From Pseudomonadota bacterium (GTDB lineage Bacteria; Pseudomonadota; Gammaproteobacteria; Chromatiales; Chromatiaceae): 64,000 bases of DNA. The stretch is from the NCBI GenBank assembly GCA_039714735.1, contig JBDLIT010000003.1, forward strand, positions 8,494 to 72,493. The letters run 5' to 3'. Shown in pieces: positions 29,365-41,913 of the stretch. Within the stretch, counting starts at the first letter, position 1; every line of letters starts with the position of its first letter. The notes beneath the pieces were generated by a model. The model worked only from the letters and a program-made list of their open reading frames with translations, was not told the origin of the DNA and did no database searches. Both the position numbers and the translations under genes were made by a program.

Positions 29365-29607
29365 TTACTCCGTTTCACCCACTTCAATAACCACGACATA
29401 CTCGCCTGCTTCAGAACGAGTCTCGATCACCTTGTGTCCGTTGATCCGGCTCCAGGCAGGTATATCATTTAAAACACCTGGATCAGTACAAAATGCTTCC
29501 AGAATCATGCCCTCTTCGAGTTCCGCCACCCGATTCTGCACCCGTATCACCGGCATTGGACAGAGCAGCCGCCGGCAATCGAGTCCAATTCTGCTCAAAT
29601 GAACCAC
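29365..29607 (-). CDS. TusA-family sulfur carrier protein
   Basis: 80 aa. LDCRRLLCPMPVIRV carries the CPxP active-site Cys motif. The gene overlaps the upstream PP-loop gene by 13 nt. Confidence 0.8.
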   Translation of the reverse strand: MVHLSRIGLDCRRLLCPMPVIRVQNRVAELEEGMILEAFCTDPGVLNDIPAWSRINGHKVIETRSEAGEYVVVIEVGETE

Positions 29608-30638
29608 TCCTTTGGTATTTCATGCGGCTTAATCGGCATCACTGTGAGTGTCCGACTCTGACCATCCTGTGTGGTGAATTCTATTTCTACCTCCGCACTG
29701 TCCCGTCCCTTACTGTAACGGGCCACCAGTCTGGCTGCCAGTTCAATGTCCTCTTCACCCACCTCACCATCGATCAGCGCCAGAGGGCCTGGATGGCTGA
29801 CGGTCTTCAGACTGGGAAACTGCTTTCGATAACCTTGCAAAAAATTGCCTTCACCCTCTTCGCGGGAAATAATCAGTTTGAAATGTGGCGCTGGACGCAG
29901 ATGCCTTCCAACCTTGAGCAACATGATGTCATCCATCTCATATTGCTTGCTGCCGCGCGCTTTCCAAAGATCGGCAAGTTTGACGGCGTATTGTGCATCC
30001 GTGAGGAAACAGCAGCCACCGGCAGGCTGGGCATAATCTTCAAATCCATACTGGTTTGCCAGGGCCATCTGAGGCTTGCGGCTCCGCCCACTGAAATCGA
30101 ATAGCTTCTCCCGCGCTACCCAGCCTTCCCTTTCCGGGAGGGTTTCCGGAAGATTTTTCGCGCATAAAGGTCTCAACAGCAGATCCTCAGCGCCCGATTC
30201 ATCCGCCACCACCGGCATCGTCTCCTTCCTCTGCGACATGGGTCTCTGTCCGATCACTTCACCGGTAATGATGAAATCGAAGCCTTTACTCTTGGTCCAC
30301 TCCAGGGCTTTTCTGACCATAAAGATCTTACAGTCGAGACAGGGATTCAGATTGGCGCCATATCCGTGCTTTGGATTGAACACCACATCCTTATACTCCT
30401 CCACGATATCTATGATATGCAGCTTGATCCCCAGTTGTTCAGCCACCCATAGTGCATTATTTCTTTTAACTTTATGCTGGTCCTTTTTGCGGATTGCATG
30501 GGTGTGCCCTTCCACACAAAATCCTGTGTAGAAGTTGATACCCTCCACATGAATCCCCTGCTCCTGCATCACCTTGGCGGCCAGCAGAGAGTCGAGACCA
30601 CCGGAGATCAATGCAACCGCCTTACGCTGTTGGTTCAT
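29595..30638 (-). CDS. PP-loop ATP-pyrophosphatase family protein (MnmA/ThiI-like thiolation enzyme with an uncharacterised C-terminal half)
   Basis: N-terminal SGGLDS PP-loop (VALISGGLDSLLAA). NPCLDCKIFMVRKA resembles the MnmA NPxxxCNxxIKF region. A further Cys cluster is GGCCF. Confidence 0.7.
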   Translation of the reverse strand: MNQQRKAVALISGGLDSLLAAKVMQEQGIHVEGINFYTGFCVEGHTHAIRKKDQHKVKRNNALWVAEQLGIKLHIIDIVEEYKDVVFNPKHGYGANLNPCLDCKIFMVRKALEWTKSKGFDFIITGEVIGQRPMSQRKETMPVVADESGAEDLLLRPLCAKNLPETLPEREGWVAREKLFDFSGRSRKPQMALANQYGFEDYAQPAGGCCFLTDAQYAVKLADLWKARGSKQYEMDDIMLLKVGRHLRPAPHFKLIISREEGEGNFLQGYRKQFPSLKTVSHPGPLALIDGEVGEEDIELAARLVARYSKGRDSAEVEIEFTTQDGQSRTLTVMPIKPHEIPKEWFI

Positions 30639-30776
30639 ATTCAGTAGAGTCTGGTCATAAAAATAACGAAATTATACGGGATCGCTGTCAGACAGACACT
30701 CGTCATCAGTTAGCCATGTGATTGATGCACCGTTATAATCAACCGGTTTTACTCTCTTTCACCATGGAATCCGTAC

Positions 30777-31718
30777 GTGAACAGCGCTTCTGAAAATAAA
30801 AAAATCGATATTTCGACCTTCCAGGGTCTGATTTTCGCTCTCCAATCTTACTGGGCGGAACAGGGCTGCGTTATATTACAACCCTATGATATGGAGATGG
30901 GCGCAGGAACCTTCCACTCTGCAACATATCTTCGCTCAATTGGACCGGAACCCTGGAGCTGCGCCTATGTTCAACCCTCCCGGCGTCCTACGGATGGACG
31001 TTACGGAGAAAATCCCAACCGACTCCAGCACTACTATCAGTTTCAGGTGATTCTTAAACCCTCTCCCATGGAGATTCAGGAACTGTATCTCAATTCGCTC
31101 AGAGATCTGGGTATAGATCCATTGATTCATGACATTCGTTTTGTCGAGGACAATTGGGAATCACCCACCCTAGGCGCCTGGGGGCTTGGCTGGGAGGTCT
31201 GGCTGAACGGAATGGAGGTTACGCAATTTACATACTTTCAACAGGTTGGCGGCCTTGATTGCAGGCCTGTGACGGGTGAAATTACTTATGGTCTGGAACG
31301 CATCGCCATGTATCTGCAGAACGTGGAAAGTGTCTATGATCTGGTCTGGACGATAGGTCCGGACGGCCCTGTCACCTATGGAGACGTCTTCCATCAAAAT
31401 GAGGTCGAACAATCCACGTACAATTTTGAACAGGCTCATGTTCCTTCTCTTTTCAGCTGGTTCGACACTTGTGAGAAGGAGAGCCAACGGTTGATCGAAT
31501 TGGGTCTGCCGTTACCTGCCTATGAGCAGGTTCTCAAGGCTTCCCATACTTTCAACCTGTTGGATGCCAGGCACGCAATTTCCGTCACCGAAAGACAACG
31601 CTTTATTTTGCGAGTTCGGACACTGGCGCGCGCCGTTGCAAAGGCCTATTACGAGAGCCGTGAAGCCTTGGGCTTTCCCATGCTGAAGAACAGCCAGGAG
31701 GCAGCAGTCAATGAATGA
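30777..31718 (+). CDS. glyQ: Glycine--tRNA ligase alpha subunit
   Basis: [34 protein letters not shown] is near-identical to the enterobacterial GlyQ core. GTG start. Confidence 0.95.
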   Translation: MNSASENKKIDISTFQGLIFALQSYWAEQGCVILQPYDMEMGAGTFHSATYLRSIGPEPWSCAYVQPSRRPTDGRYGENPNRLQHYYQFQVILKPSPMEIQELYLNSLRDLGIDPLIHDIRFVEDNWESPTLGAWGLGWEVWLNGMEVTQFTYFQQVGGLDCRPVTGEITYGLERIAMYLQNVESVYDLVWTIGPDGPVTYGDVFHQNEVEQSTYNFEQAHVPSLFSWFDTCEKESQRLIELGLPLPAYEQVLKASHTFNLLDARHAISVTERQRFILRVRTLARAVAKAYYESREALGFPMLKNSQEAAVNE

Positions 31719-33786
31719 GCAGAAAGACTTGCTGGTCGAGATCGGCACTGAGGAACTGCCTCCAAAGGCGCTGGTCAACCTGATCGCCGCCTTCACCAAA
31801 GGCATTGACCAGCAGCTATCCAAACTGGGTCTGAAGCGGGCTTCGATTCAATCATATGCCACACCACGTCGCCTCGCTGTCCAGGTAAAACAGCTCGATT
31901 CGGCCCAGCAGGACAAACAGGTTGAAAGAAAAGGTCCTGCTGTCAAAGCCGCCTATGACGCCGAGGGAAATCCCACCAAGGCAGCGCTGGGCTTTGCCAG
32001 ATCCTGCAGTGTCGAAGTAGAAAACCTTGAGACCCAGGACACCCCTAAGGGTTCATGGCTGGTCCACAAACAGTTGGAGAAAGGACGTTCAACCTTTGAG
32101 TTGATGCCTGATATCGTCGAAAAATCATTGGCGGGGCTTCCTATACCCAAACGCATGCGCTGGGGTTCACGCAATGAAGAATTTGTCCGGCCGGTCCATT
32201 GGGTGATGCTACTCTTCGGTGACGAAGTGGTTCCAGGTAATATCATGGGTCAGGATGCGGGCCGTGAGACCAGAGGTCATCGATTTCATCATCCTTCGAC
32301 AATTGTCATTAACCATCCCAATGATTACGCCAGCACCCTGAAGGATAAAGGCTATGTGATTGCAGATTTCAATGAACGTAGACAGCTCATTGATAATCTT
32401 GTCAGACAGGAAGCAGAAAAGCTGAATGCCAAGGCTGTCATCGATCAGGAACTGTTAAATGAAGTGACTGCTCTGAATGAATGGCCGGTCGCTGTAATTG
32501 GCAGCTTTGACGAAAGCTTTCTTGATGTGCCATCCGAATGTCTTATCCAAGCCATGCAAGGACATCAAAAATATTTTCCCGTAGTGAATGAACAGGGTGA
32601 TCTGCTGCCCCGGTTTATCACGATCAGCAACATACAGAGTAAAGACATCGATCAGGTTCGTGCAGGTAATGAACGGGTCATTCGTCCTCGCTTCAGTGAT
32701 GCAGCCTTCTTTTGGCAGCAGGATCTCAAACAACCCCTGGAACACCATATCGAGAGTCTCAAGACTCTCAAATTTCAGGATAAACTAGGATCGATGCATG
32801 ACAAAGCCGGACGCATCGCGTCCCTGGCCGATTCGATTGCCGATCAAACTGGTTTCGATAAAAACCTTGCGATGCGTGCCGCCTGGCTCTGTAAATGCGA
32901 TCTGATGACTGAAATGGTGGGTGAATTTGCCAGTTTACAAGGCATCATGGGTCGCTACTATGCAATGCATTCCGGTGAAGATCCTCAGGTCATTCAGGCC
33001 ATGGAAGAGGTGTACATGCCACGGCATGCCGGCGATCAGTTACCACAGTCTGAGTGTGGCCGCACCATCGCAATTGCTGACAGGCTCGACACACTGGTCG
33101 GCATATTTGCAATTGGTCTGAGACCCACAGGCGCAAAAGATCCATATGGACTTCGCCGTGCAGCACTGGGGGTACTTCGTATCATGATCGAAACACCACT
33201 CGATATCGATCTTGGGATGCTCCTTGAACATGCCGCTGATAGCCTCAAAGGTGAAATCAATGCTGATGATCAATGTATCGGTGACGTTTTCGACTATATG
33301 ATGGAGCGTCTCAAGGCCTACTACACAGATCAATCGATCCCTGCTGATTCAGTTGATGCGGTAATCGCACGTAAACCAACCCGTCCAGCGGATTTCAATC
33401 AACGGGTATTAGCCGTAACTGAATTTCGGAAATTGCCCGAAGCGGAAAGCCTGTCAGCCGCCAATAAAAGGATTCGAAATATTCTGCGTAAGACAGATGA
33501 GGTTATTCCTGATCAGTTCAAACAGGATCTTCTTGAGGAAGATGCTGAGAAGGCGCTCGCAACCTCGTTGTTGGAATTAGGCCCAAAGGTCAATCCATTA
33601 TTTGAATCTGGACAATACACCCAGGGCATGCAACTTCTTGCCGGGCTACGTGTGACAGTTGATGATTTTTTTGATCAGGTCATGGTCATGGTGGAGGACA
33701 CCTCCCTACGCCAAAATAGACTTGCTCTACTGACTCATCTCGAAAATCTTTTCCTTAGTGTCGCTGATTTTTCAAGACTTCAATAA
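31711..33786 (+). CDS. glyS: Glycine--tRNA ligase beta subunit
   Basis: [24 protein letters not shown]; 691 aa. The start overlaps the glyQ stop (ATGAATGA). Confidence 0.95.
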   Translation: MNEQKDLLVEIGTEELPPKALVNLIAAFTKGIDQQLSKLGLKRASIQSYATPRRLAVQVKQLDSAQQDKQVERKGPAVKAAYDAEGNPTKAALGFARSCSVEVENLETQDTPKGSWLVHKQLEKGRSTFELMPDIVEKSLAGLPIPKRMRWGSRNEEFVRPVHWVMLLFGDEVVPGNIMGQDAGRETRGHRFHHPSTIVINHPNDYASTLKDKGYVIADFNERRQLIDNLVRQEAEKLNAKAVIDQELLNEVTALNEWPVAVIGSFDESFLDVPSECLIQAMQGHQKYFPVVNEQGDLLPRFITISNIQSKDIDQVRAGNERVIRPRFSDAAFFWQQDLKQPLEHHIESLKTLKFQDKLGSMHDKAGRIASLADSIADQTGFDKNLAMRAAWLCKCDLMTEMVGEFASLQGIMGRYYAMHSGEDPQVIQAMEEVYMPRHAGDQLPQSECGRTIAIADRLDTLVGIFAIGLRPTGAKDPYGLRRAALGVLRIMIETPLDIDLGMLLEHAADSLKGEINADDQCIGDVFDYMMERLKAYYTDQSIPADSVDAVIARKPTRPADFNQRVLAVTEFRKLPEAESLSAANKRIRNILRKTDEVIPDQFKQDLLEEDAEKALATSLLELGPKVNPLFESGQYTQGMQLLAGLRVTVDDFFDQVMVMVEDTSLRQNRLALLTHLENLFLSVADFSRLQ

Positions 33787-33801
33787 TCAGGAATATTAAC
33801 C

Positions 33802-34137
33802 ATGAACCGTGATTCATATGACGAGATGCTCTCTGCGGTCTCTGCATTTCACGAAAAACACCGTTTTAAGGAACGTGGCGGTGAAGAGATGACCTATCGG
33901 ATATCTCTGATGTCTGAGGAGTTAGGAGAGATTTCTTCCTGTGTAACAAAAGGTAAAAGCAAACAGGCGCTGGCTGAAGAGGTTGCAGATCTGATGATCC
34001 TGGTAATGGGAACCGCTATTGCTCAAGACTTTGATCTCAACGAGGCTTTCTGGGCAAAAATGGAAAAGCTTACAAAACGCCAGTCACGGATGGTGAATGG
34101 ACGTGTTCGGGTATCCGAATTTAGAGACGTAGACTGA
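33802..34137 (+). CDS. MazG-like nucleotide pyrophosphohydrolase domain protein
   Basis: 111 aa. EELGEIS...EEVADLMILVMGTA follows the EExGE...ExxD all-alpha NTP-PPase pattern. Confidence 0.6.
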   Translation: MNRDSYDEMLSAVSAFHEKHRFKERGGEEMTYRISLMSEELGEISSCVTKGKSKQALAEEVADLMILVMGTAIAQDFDLNEAFWAKMEKLTKRQSRMVNGRVRVSEFRDVD

Positions 34138-34154
34138 TTCAATCGTTACTATTC

Positions 34155-34709
34155 ATGAAAACCATTATTCTAGATAGGGATGGTGTCATAAACCAGGACT
34201 CTGATGACTTTATCAAGTCACCCGATGAGTGGGCGCCTATTCCTGGTAGCTTGGATGCCATCGCTCGACTCAATTATGCAGGCTATCTTGTCTATGTTGC
34301 TTCAAATCAGTCTGGCATAGGACGCGGCTTATTTGATATTGAGACTCTGAACGCAATCCATCTGAAGTTAAACACTGAACTACAGAAGATTGGTGGACGC
34401 ATCCAGGCCATCCTTTTCTGCCCCCATGCGCCTGACCAAGGATGTGATTGTCGTAAACCAAAACCTGGTTTGTATGAAGAAGTTGCCAGACGATCACAGG
34501 AACCCTTATCCAACGTTCCTGTAATCGGAGATTCATACCGTGATCTGGAAGCTGCATTGGCTGTAGGCGCCAGACCCATTCTTGTTCTGACTGGCAAGGG
34601 TACAGAGACTTTCAATTTACACAAAGATCAATTAACCGGGATCCCCTTTTATCCTAATCTTTCGATGGCTGTTGAATCTCTCTTGGAGGAGGCCTCTTCA
34701 AAGGTATGA
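34155..34709 (+). CDS. gmhB: D-glycero-beta-D-manno-heptose 1,7-bisphosphate 7-phosphatase
   Basis: HAD motif I ILDRDGVIN, motif SNQSGIGRG, and the Zn site CPHAPDQGCDCRKPKPG. Confidence 0.9.
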   Translation: MKTIILDRDGVINQDSDDFIKSPDEWAPIPGSLDAIARLNYAGYLVYVASNQSGIGRGLFDIETLNAIHLKLNTELQKIGGRIQAILFCPHAPDQGCDCRKPKPGLYEEVARRSQEPLSNVPVIGDSYRDLEAALAVGARPILVLTGKGTETFNLHKDQLTGIPFYPNLSMAVESLLEEASSKV

Positions 34710-35443
34710 CAATACTTGTCAGGTCATTGATATTTTTCTTTTTTTTCATATTCAGCACTATCTTGATTGCCAGTGTTGGCAGCCTAATAGGTTGGATTTT
34801 GCCTCAAAAGCGACGCTTCATTGTCGATACCATATGGAGCAAAGTTAACCTTTGGGGTCTTAGGACCATCTGCAGGCTCAACTATCGGGTGGAGGGTCAG
34901 GGCAATCTGCCGGATGATAGTTGTATCATCCTTTCAAAACACCAATCCACTTGGGAAACCATCGCTCTCATAAGCCTGATTCCTCTGCCTAAGGTTTGGG
35001 TGCTTAAACGTGAATTACTCTTTATACCGATTTTTGGTTGGGTGATGTATCTCTTCAAACCCATCGCCATCAACCGAAAGTCAGGCAGGAAAGCTGTTTT
35101 TCAGATCATAGAACAGGGAACTCAACGCCTGAATTCAGGTTTGTCTGTCATAATCTTTCCGGAAGGAACTCGCGTTGCCCCAGGAACCCGCAAGCGCTAT
35201 GGCGTTGGCGGAGCATTGTTAGCAGAGAAATCAGGTTTTCCTGTCGTACCTGTGGCGCACAATGCAGGAATCTTCTGGAAGCGTCGTGGCATCATCAAAT
35301 ACCCGGGCACAATAGATGTCAGGATAGGACCCATCATTAAACATAACGGACTCAGTGCTGCTGAGATCAACAAACAAGTAGAGGACTGGATAGAAAAGAC
35401 TATGCAAGAACTGCCTTCTGAACGTGTCAGATCTGATAGTTAG
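34706..35443 (+). CDS. plsC: 1-acyl-sn-glycerol-3-phosphate acyltransferase (lysophospholipid acyltransferase)
   Basis: N-terminal TM, an acyltransferase block I variant (SKHQSTWET) and block III IFPEGTR. Synteny with gmhB/glyS matches Pseudomonas. Confidence 0.85.
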   Translation: MTILVRSLIFFFFFIFSTILIASVGSLIGWILPQKRRFIVDTIWSKVNLWGLRTICRLNYRVEGQGNLPDDSCIILSKHQSTWETIALISLIPLPKVWVLKRELLFIPIFGWVMYLFKPIAINRKSGRKAVFQIIEQGTQRLNSGLSVIIFPEGTRVAPGTRKRYGVGGALLAEKSGFPVVPVAHNAGIFWKRRGIIKYPGTIDVRIGPIIKHNGLSAAEINKQVEDWIEKTMQELPSERVRSDS

Positions 35444-35493
35444 TACTTACTTCATTTTTATCGTTTAGCGAATCTACGCTATCGTCTGACGAA

Positions 35494-37929
<2,436 letters not shown>

Positions 37930-37977
37930 CTAAATTATAAATATTGCAGCATTATACTCTTCAGTAGATACGATTAC

Positions 37978-39093
37978 TCATACAATCTCACCATGTTCCA
38001 CGTGAAACATTTCATAGAGTTCCGGATCATAGATATGTGTATTCTTGTTTAATGTAGTAATAAAAGTTTGAAACTTATTCTGTTTAATTTGATTCAGAAT
38101 AAGTGCAAGATTCTCTTTATCTAATTCAGAAAAGATATCATCACATAATAGTATTGGATTTTCTTTTGTGTGTGATCTGATATTATTTAGATTCGACAGT
38201 ACAATCAATATTGCTAATATCTTTTGTTCACCTCTTGATAAAACATCTTTAGATAATTTCCCATTGATCTTTATTATTAGATCAGCACGGTGGGGACCTA
38301 TTGAAGTAAACCCCCTTTTTTTATCGCTTTTTAAACTCTTTAGTAGTGATTCTTTCAGAGATCTATTTTTATCCCACCCTTTTCTAAAGGTTGCTTGAAA
38401 TTCATACTCCGGAAAAAAAATAGAGAAGTTATCATTTATACTATTATTTATTCCCTCAACACTTCTCTTTCTTTTTAAGGTTATTTCATTAGAGATAATT
38501 TCTAGCTGACTATCCCATATAACTACTTCTTTTAAATTTCCCTGTAAGGCAGCGTTCCTTTGCATCAAGAGTTTTTTATATTTCCTTACTAGCGATGCAT
38601 AGTCATGTTCCACGTGGAACACACCCCAGTCAATTAATCGACGTCGTTGATTTGGTCCGTCTTCAATGATCTTATGTATATTTGGTGTAATGATTCCTAG
38701 AGGAAGAGCATGTGCGACATTTGTTAATTTATTTTGTTGTTGACCGTTTATTGAAAAACTATTATCAGTTGCTGACTTTTTAAGTAGGAGATGTTGAATA
38801 TATCCGGTTGAGTTATTTATTGTTGCGGAAATATTAATTTGAGTATGATTTTTTTTAATGAGATTTTTTATTGATGTCGACCTGAAACTTTTGTTTCTGA
38901 CCAAGAGATAGATAGCTTCAAGTATTGTTGTCTTGCCAGCACCATTTTTACCAGAGATGATATTAATGTGTGGATGAGGGGTGATTTTTAGCCTAGTTAT
39001 AAGCCTTAAATTATTGATAGTTAATTTAGATAAGAACAATTTGTTACTGAGTTTATTAACACAGAGAATCTGCCGCTGTATTAATGTTATCAA
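37978..39093 (-). CDS. recF: DNA replication and repair protein RecF
   Basis: Walker A GKNGAGKTTILEAI, signature LSRGEQK and Walker B ILLCDDIFSELD. There is no ATG, so the ORF-track start is the TTG at 39093. An internal TTG at 39039 would fit the usual RecF N-terminus better. Confidence 0.9.
   Translation of the reverse strand: MITLIQRQILCVNKLSNKLFLSKLTINNLRLITRLKITPHPHINIISGKNGAGKTTILEAIYLLVRNKSFRSTSIKNLIKKNHTQINISATINNSTGYIQHLLLKKSATDNSFSINGQQQNKLTNVAHALPLGIITPNIHKIIEDGPNQRRRLIDWGVFHVEHDYASLVRKYKKLLMQRNAALQGNLKEVVIWDSQLEIISNEITLKRKRSVEGINNSINDNFSIFFPEYEFQATFRKGWDKNRSLKESLLKSLKSDKKRGFTSIGPHRADLIIKINGKLSKDVLSRGEQKILAILIVLSNLNNIRSHTKENPILLCDDIFSELDKENLALILNQIKQNKFQTFITTLNKNTHIYDPELYEMFHVEHGEIV
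37994..38009. promoter_or_regulatory. parS centromere-like site (inside the recF 3' end)
   Basis: TGTTCCACGTGAAACA matches the canonical ParB/Spo0J parS consensus TGTTNCACGTGAAACA. Confidence 0.7.
38606..38621. promoter_or_regulatory. parS centromere-like site (inside recF), perfect palindrome
   Basis: TGTTCCACGTGGAACA is a perfect 16-bp palindrome, one base away from the consensus parS. Confidence 0.65.
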
Positions 39094-39101
39094 TAAATTT
39101 G

Positions 39102-40202
39102 TTATATGCGCATTGGCATAACAACATACTTACTTGAAGAGTTACCTTTTCCATAAATTAGCGCACTGCTATTTGAGTCTTTGAGTTCGATAATTATTAT
39201 ATCTTCGCTAATAGCAGAGAGTGCATCTATTAGATAACCAACATTAAATCCAATCTTAATATCTTCTCCATTATAAATAACCTCAAGTTCTTCTTCTGCC
39301 TCTTCTTGCTCAGGATTATGCGCCTGCAATTGTAGAGTTCCATTTATGACTGAAAATCTAATTCCCCTGTATTTTTCATTTGAAAGTATTGAAGCTCTTG
39401 TCAAAGATTGTTTGAGCTTATCTTTATCAGCTTCGAGTTCTTTGTCTGCAGATGATGGCATCACCCGCTGGTATTCAGGAAAACGGCCATCAATCAGTTT
39501 TGATGTGAATACAGAATTAGTAAGAAGTACTTTAATGTAACTGTTGCTTAGTTCGATTTTTATATCTGAATCTTTATCGTTGAGAAGTTTTGAAAGTTCA
39601 AGTACTGCTTTTCTTGGTAAAATAACTTGATTGTTTAAAGCATCATTTGGATTAGTCGGAATTTCACATAGCGCCAACCGATGTCCATCAGTTGCTACTG
39701 TTCTAATTATATTTTCTTCTATCTCTAGCAGCATGCCATTGAGATAATATCGGACATCCTGTTGCGCCATAGCAAAAGCTGTCTTATCGATAAGTTTTTT
39801 GAAGTCATTTTCTTTTATTGTAAAGAACGAGTTTCCAGGAGAAGCTTCTATCACAGGATAATCTTGTGCAGGCAGAATACCTAATGAGAATCGACTACGT
39901 CCTGATTTTATGTGTACTTTATCGTTAGTAACTTCCATGGAAATATCTGCTCCTTCTGGTAGAGCCTTACAGATATCTAAAATTTTTCTAGCTGGTAATG
40001 TGAAGTCGTGTTCGTCATCACATGTAGCGATAGCCTGAGTTTTTAATTCAACCTCTAAATCTGTTGCAGTCAGATTTATTATTCCATTTCCTGCATTGAT
40101 AAGAATATTTGCCAATATTGGCAATGTTTGTCTTCGCTCGACAACGTTGCCAATCTTCTGCAGTGGTTCAAGTAAATCTTCGCGTTTAGTGGATATCTTC
40201 AT
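39102..40202 (-). CDS. dnaN: DNA polymerase III beta sliding clamp
   Basis: MKISTKREDLLEPLQKIGNVVERRQTLPILANILI...ATDGHRLA...; 366 aa, between dnaA and recF. Confidence 0.95.
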   Translation of the reverse strand: MKISTKREDLLEPLQKIGNVVERRQTLPILANILINAGNGIINLTATDLEVELKTQAIATCDDEHDFTLPARKILDICKALPEGADISMEVTNDKVHIKSGRSRFSLGILPAQDYPVIEASPGNSFFTIKENDFKKLIDKTAFAMAQQDVRYYLNGMLLEIEENIIRTVATDGHRLALCEIPTNPNDALNNQVILPRKAVLELSKLLNDKDSDIKIELSNSYIKVLLTNSVFTSKLIDGRFPEYQRVMPSSADKELEADKDKLKQSLTRASILSNEKYRGIRFSVINGTLQLQAHNPEQEEAEEELEVIYNGEDIKIGFNVGYLIDALSAISEDIIIIELKDSNSSALIYGKGNSSSKYVVMPMRI

Positions 40203-40367
40203 TGTTCTAACTCTTAACTTATAATAAATAAGTATTTTTATTTAGTAGCTTATTACTATTATTAAGCATGTTGGTAACTGATGAGAAAGCTATTAACCTT
40301 TTGATTTTACGTATATTTTTGTTAGTAACATGTTATTGATTGATCTCATATTAAGTTGTTGATCAGT

Positions 40368-40376
40368 TGTGGATAA
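40368..40376 (-). promoter_or_regulatory. Perfect DnaA box (TGTGGATAA on the plus strand)
   Basis: An exact 9-mer of the TTATCCACA consensus, in reverse orientation, in the dnaA-dnaN spacer. Confidence 0.7.
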
Positions 40377-40412
40377 ATAATGAAAATTGAATTATGTTTT
40401 TTTTATAACAGT

Positions 40413-40421
40413 TTATCCACA
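40413..40421 (+). promoter_or_regulatory. Perfect DnaA box (TTATCCACA)
   Basis: An exact 9-mer that abuts the dnaA stop codon. It is inverted relative to the box at 40368, with a 36-bp spacer. Confidence 0.7.
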
Positions 40422-41759
40422 CTAACTACTTAGGGTTCTTAACAAATTTGAGTAATCTTCAGCTATTCTAGGATCCGTTTCACGTAATTCTTTAATTTTT
40501 CTGTTTGCGTGAATTACAGTTGTATGGTCCCTGCCGCCAAAAGCGTTACCTATTTCAGGTAGGCTGTGATTGGTGAGTTCCTTAGCCAAGGTCATTGCTA
40601 TCTGTCTCGGTCTCGCTATGGACCGGCTTCTTTTTGCAGAGAGCAGATCTGAAGTTCGTATCTGATAGTATTCAGCAACAGTTTTTTGGATGCTATCAAT
40701 CGTGACTTGCTTGGCATGAGCCGCCAGCATGTCTCGCAAGGCATTTTTGGCGAAGTCTAGATTGATCTCCTGTCCAGTAAAGCTTGCATTGGCAATAACT
40801 CTTCTAAGAGCACCTTCCAATTCCCTGATATTTGATCGAATTCTCTTACCCATGAAAAATGCCACTTCACTGGGTAGTTTTGCATTGAGCATCAGGGCCT
40901 TGCTCTGGAGAATGGCAACACGCGTCTCAAGATCTGGCGGTTCAATCGCAACAGTGAGCCCCCATCCAAAACGAGATTTTAGTCTCTCCTCCAGTCCAGT
41001 GACCTCTTTTGGAAAACGGTCACTAGAAAGGATGATTTGTTGTTGCGATTCAAACAGTGCGTTGAATGTATGAAAGAACTCTTCTTGTGATCTTTCTTTT
41101 CCGGCAAAGAATTGGATGTCATCGATTAACAGCGCATTTAGGGAACGATACTTTTTTTTGAATTGATCAATGGTGTTATGTTGCAAGGCTTTGACCATAT
41201 CAGATACAAATCGCTCTGAGTGAAGATAAACGACCTTTGCGTGCGGATTATTATTCAAAATTGAATTACCAATGGCGTGCATCAGATGGGTCTTCCCTAA
41301 GCCGACACCACCATAGATAAAGAGTGGGTTGTAGGCTTTTCCAGGATTGGCGCCTAGCTGCATGGATGCCGCACGAGCAATTTGGTTCGACTTACCCTCA
41401 ACAAAGGTTTCAAATGTGAAATTGGCATTAATATTTGAATCTAAACTGAGCTTGTCGCTAACCGTAGTCACTACAGGTCCACTCTTTTTCTGAGTGGACT
41501 GTGGCGCGACCTGAGTTTTTTTCTTGCTGCCGATTTCTATCGATACCTGTGGTGTTGAAGCGCCGCAGATTTGTGAAAGATGGTTTTTGATGGAATCAAG
41601 GTAATGATTTCTTACCCAGTCGAGTACAAAGCGGTTCGGTGCAAGAAGCTTAACCTGTTTTTCTTCTTCGATAACCTGGAGAGGCCTTATCCAGGTATTG
41701 AACTGCTGTGCAGACAACTCCTGTTCTAAGTGCTCAGAACAGCGACGCCATAGTTCCAA
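40422..41759 (-). CDS. dnaA: Chromosomal replication initiator protein DnaA
   Basis: [46 protein letters not shown], and the domain IV motif [11 protein letters not shown]. Confidence 0.97.
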   Translation of the reverse strand: MELWRRCSEHLEQELSAQQFNTWIRPLQVIEEEKQVKLLAPNRFVLDWVRNHYLDSIKNHLSQICGASTPQVSIEIGSKKKTQVAPQSTQKKSGPVVTTVSDKLSLDSNINANFTFETFVEGKSNQIARAASMQLGANPGKAYNPLFIYGGVGLGKTHLMHAIGNSILNNNPHAKVVYLHSERFVSDMVKALQHNTIDQFKKKYRSLNALLIDDIQFFAGKERSQEEFFHTFNALFESQQQIILSSDRFPKEVTGLEERLKSRFGWGLTVAIEPPDLETRVAILQSKALMLNAKLPSEVAFFMGKRIRSNIRELEGALRRVIANASFTGQEINLDFAKNALRDMLAAHAKQVTIDSIQKTVAEYYQIRTSDLLSAKRSRSIARPRQIAMTLAKELTNHSLPEIGNAFGGRDHTTVIHANRKIKELRETDPRIAEDYSNLLRTLSS

Positions 41760-41872
41760 GATGGATTACTCCGATAGCTTTTAGTCAGTTTAAGGGAATG
41801 ACCAGTCATATCTGTGAAAAGACTGGTTTAATTTAATTGATATAACGTAAAGTCTACTCTCCAGTCCTGGAC

Positions 41873-41881
41873 TTATCCACA
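41873..41881 (+). promoter_or_regulatory. Perfect DnaA box in the dnaA-rpmH divergent spacer
   Basis: TTATCCACA, exact, about 115 bp upstream of the dnaA ATG. Confidence 0.65.
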
Positions 41882-41913
41882 ATTTAAGCGCTCTTTGAAT
41901 ATGTCACATGATA

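Noticed and set aside
34739-34746. A T8 homopolymer near the plsC start. Similar A8/T8 runs occur in recF and the dnaA-dnaN spacer, and I considered them as phase-variation tracts.
   Set aside because: The plsC run encodes a Phe-rich TM segment. The others are explained by the low-GC composition. There is no evidence of frame disruption.
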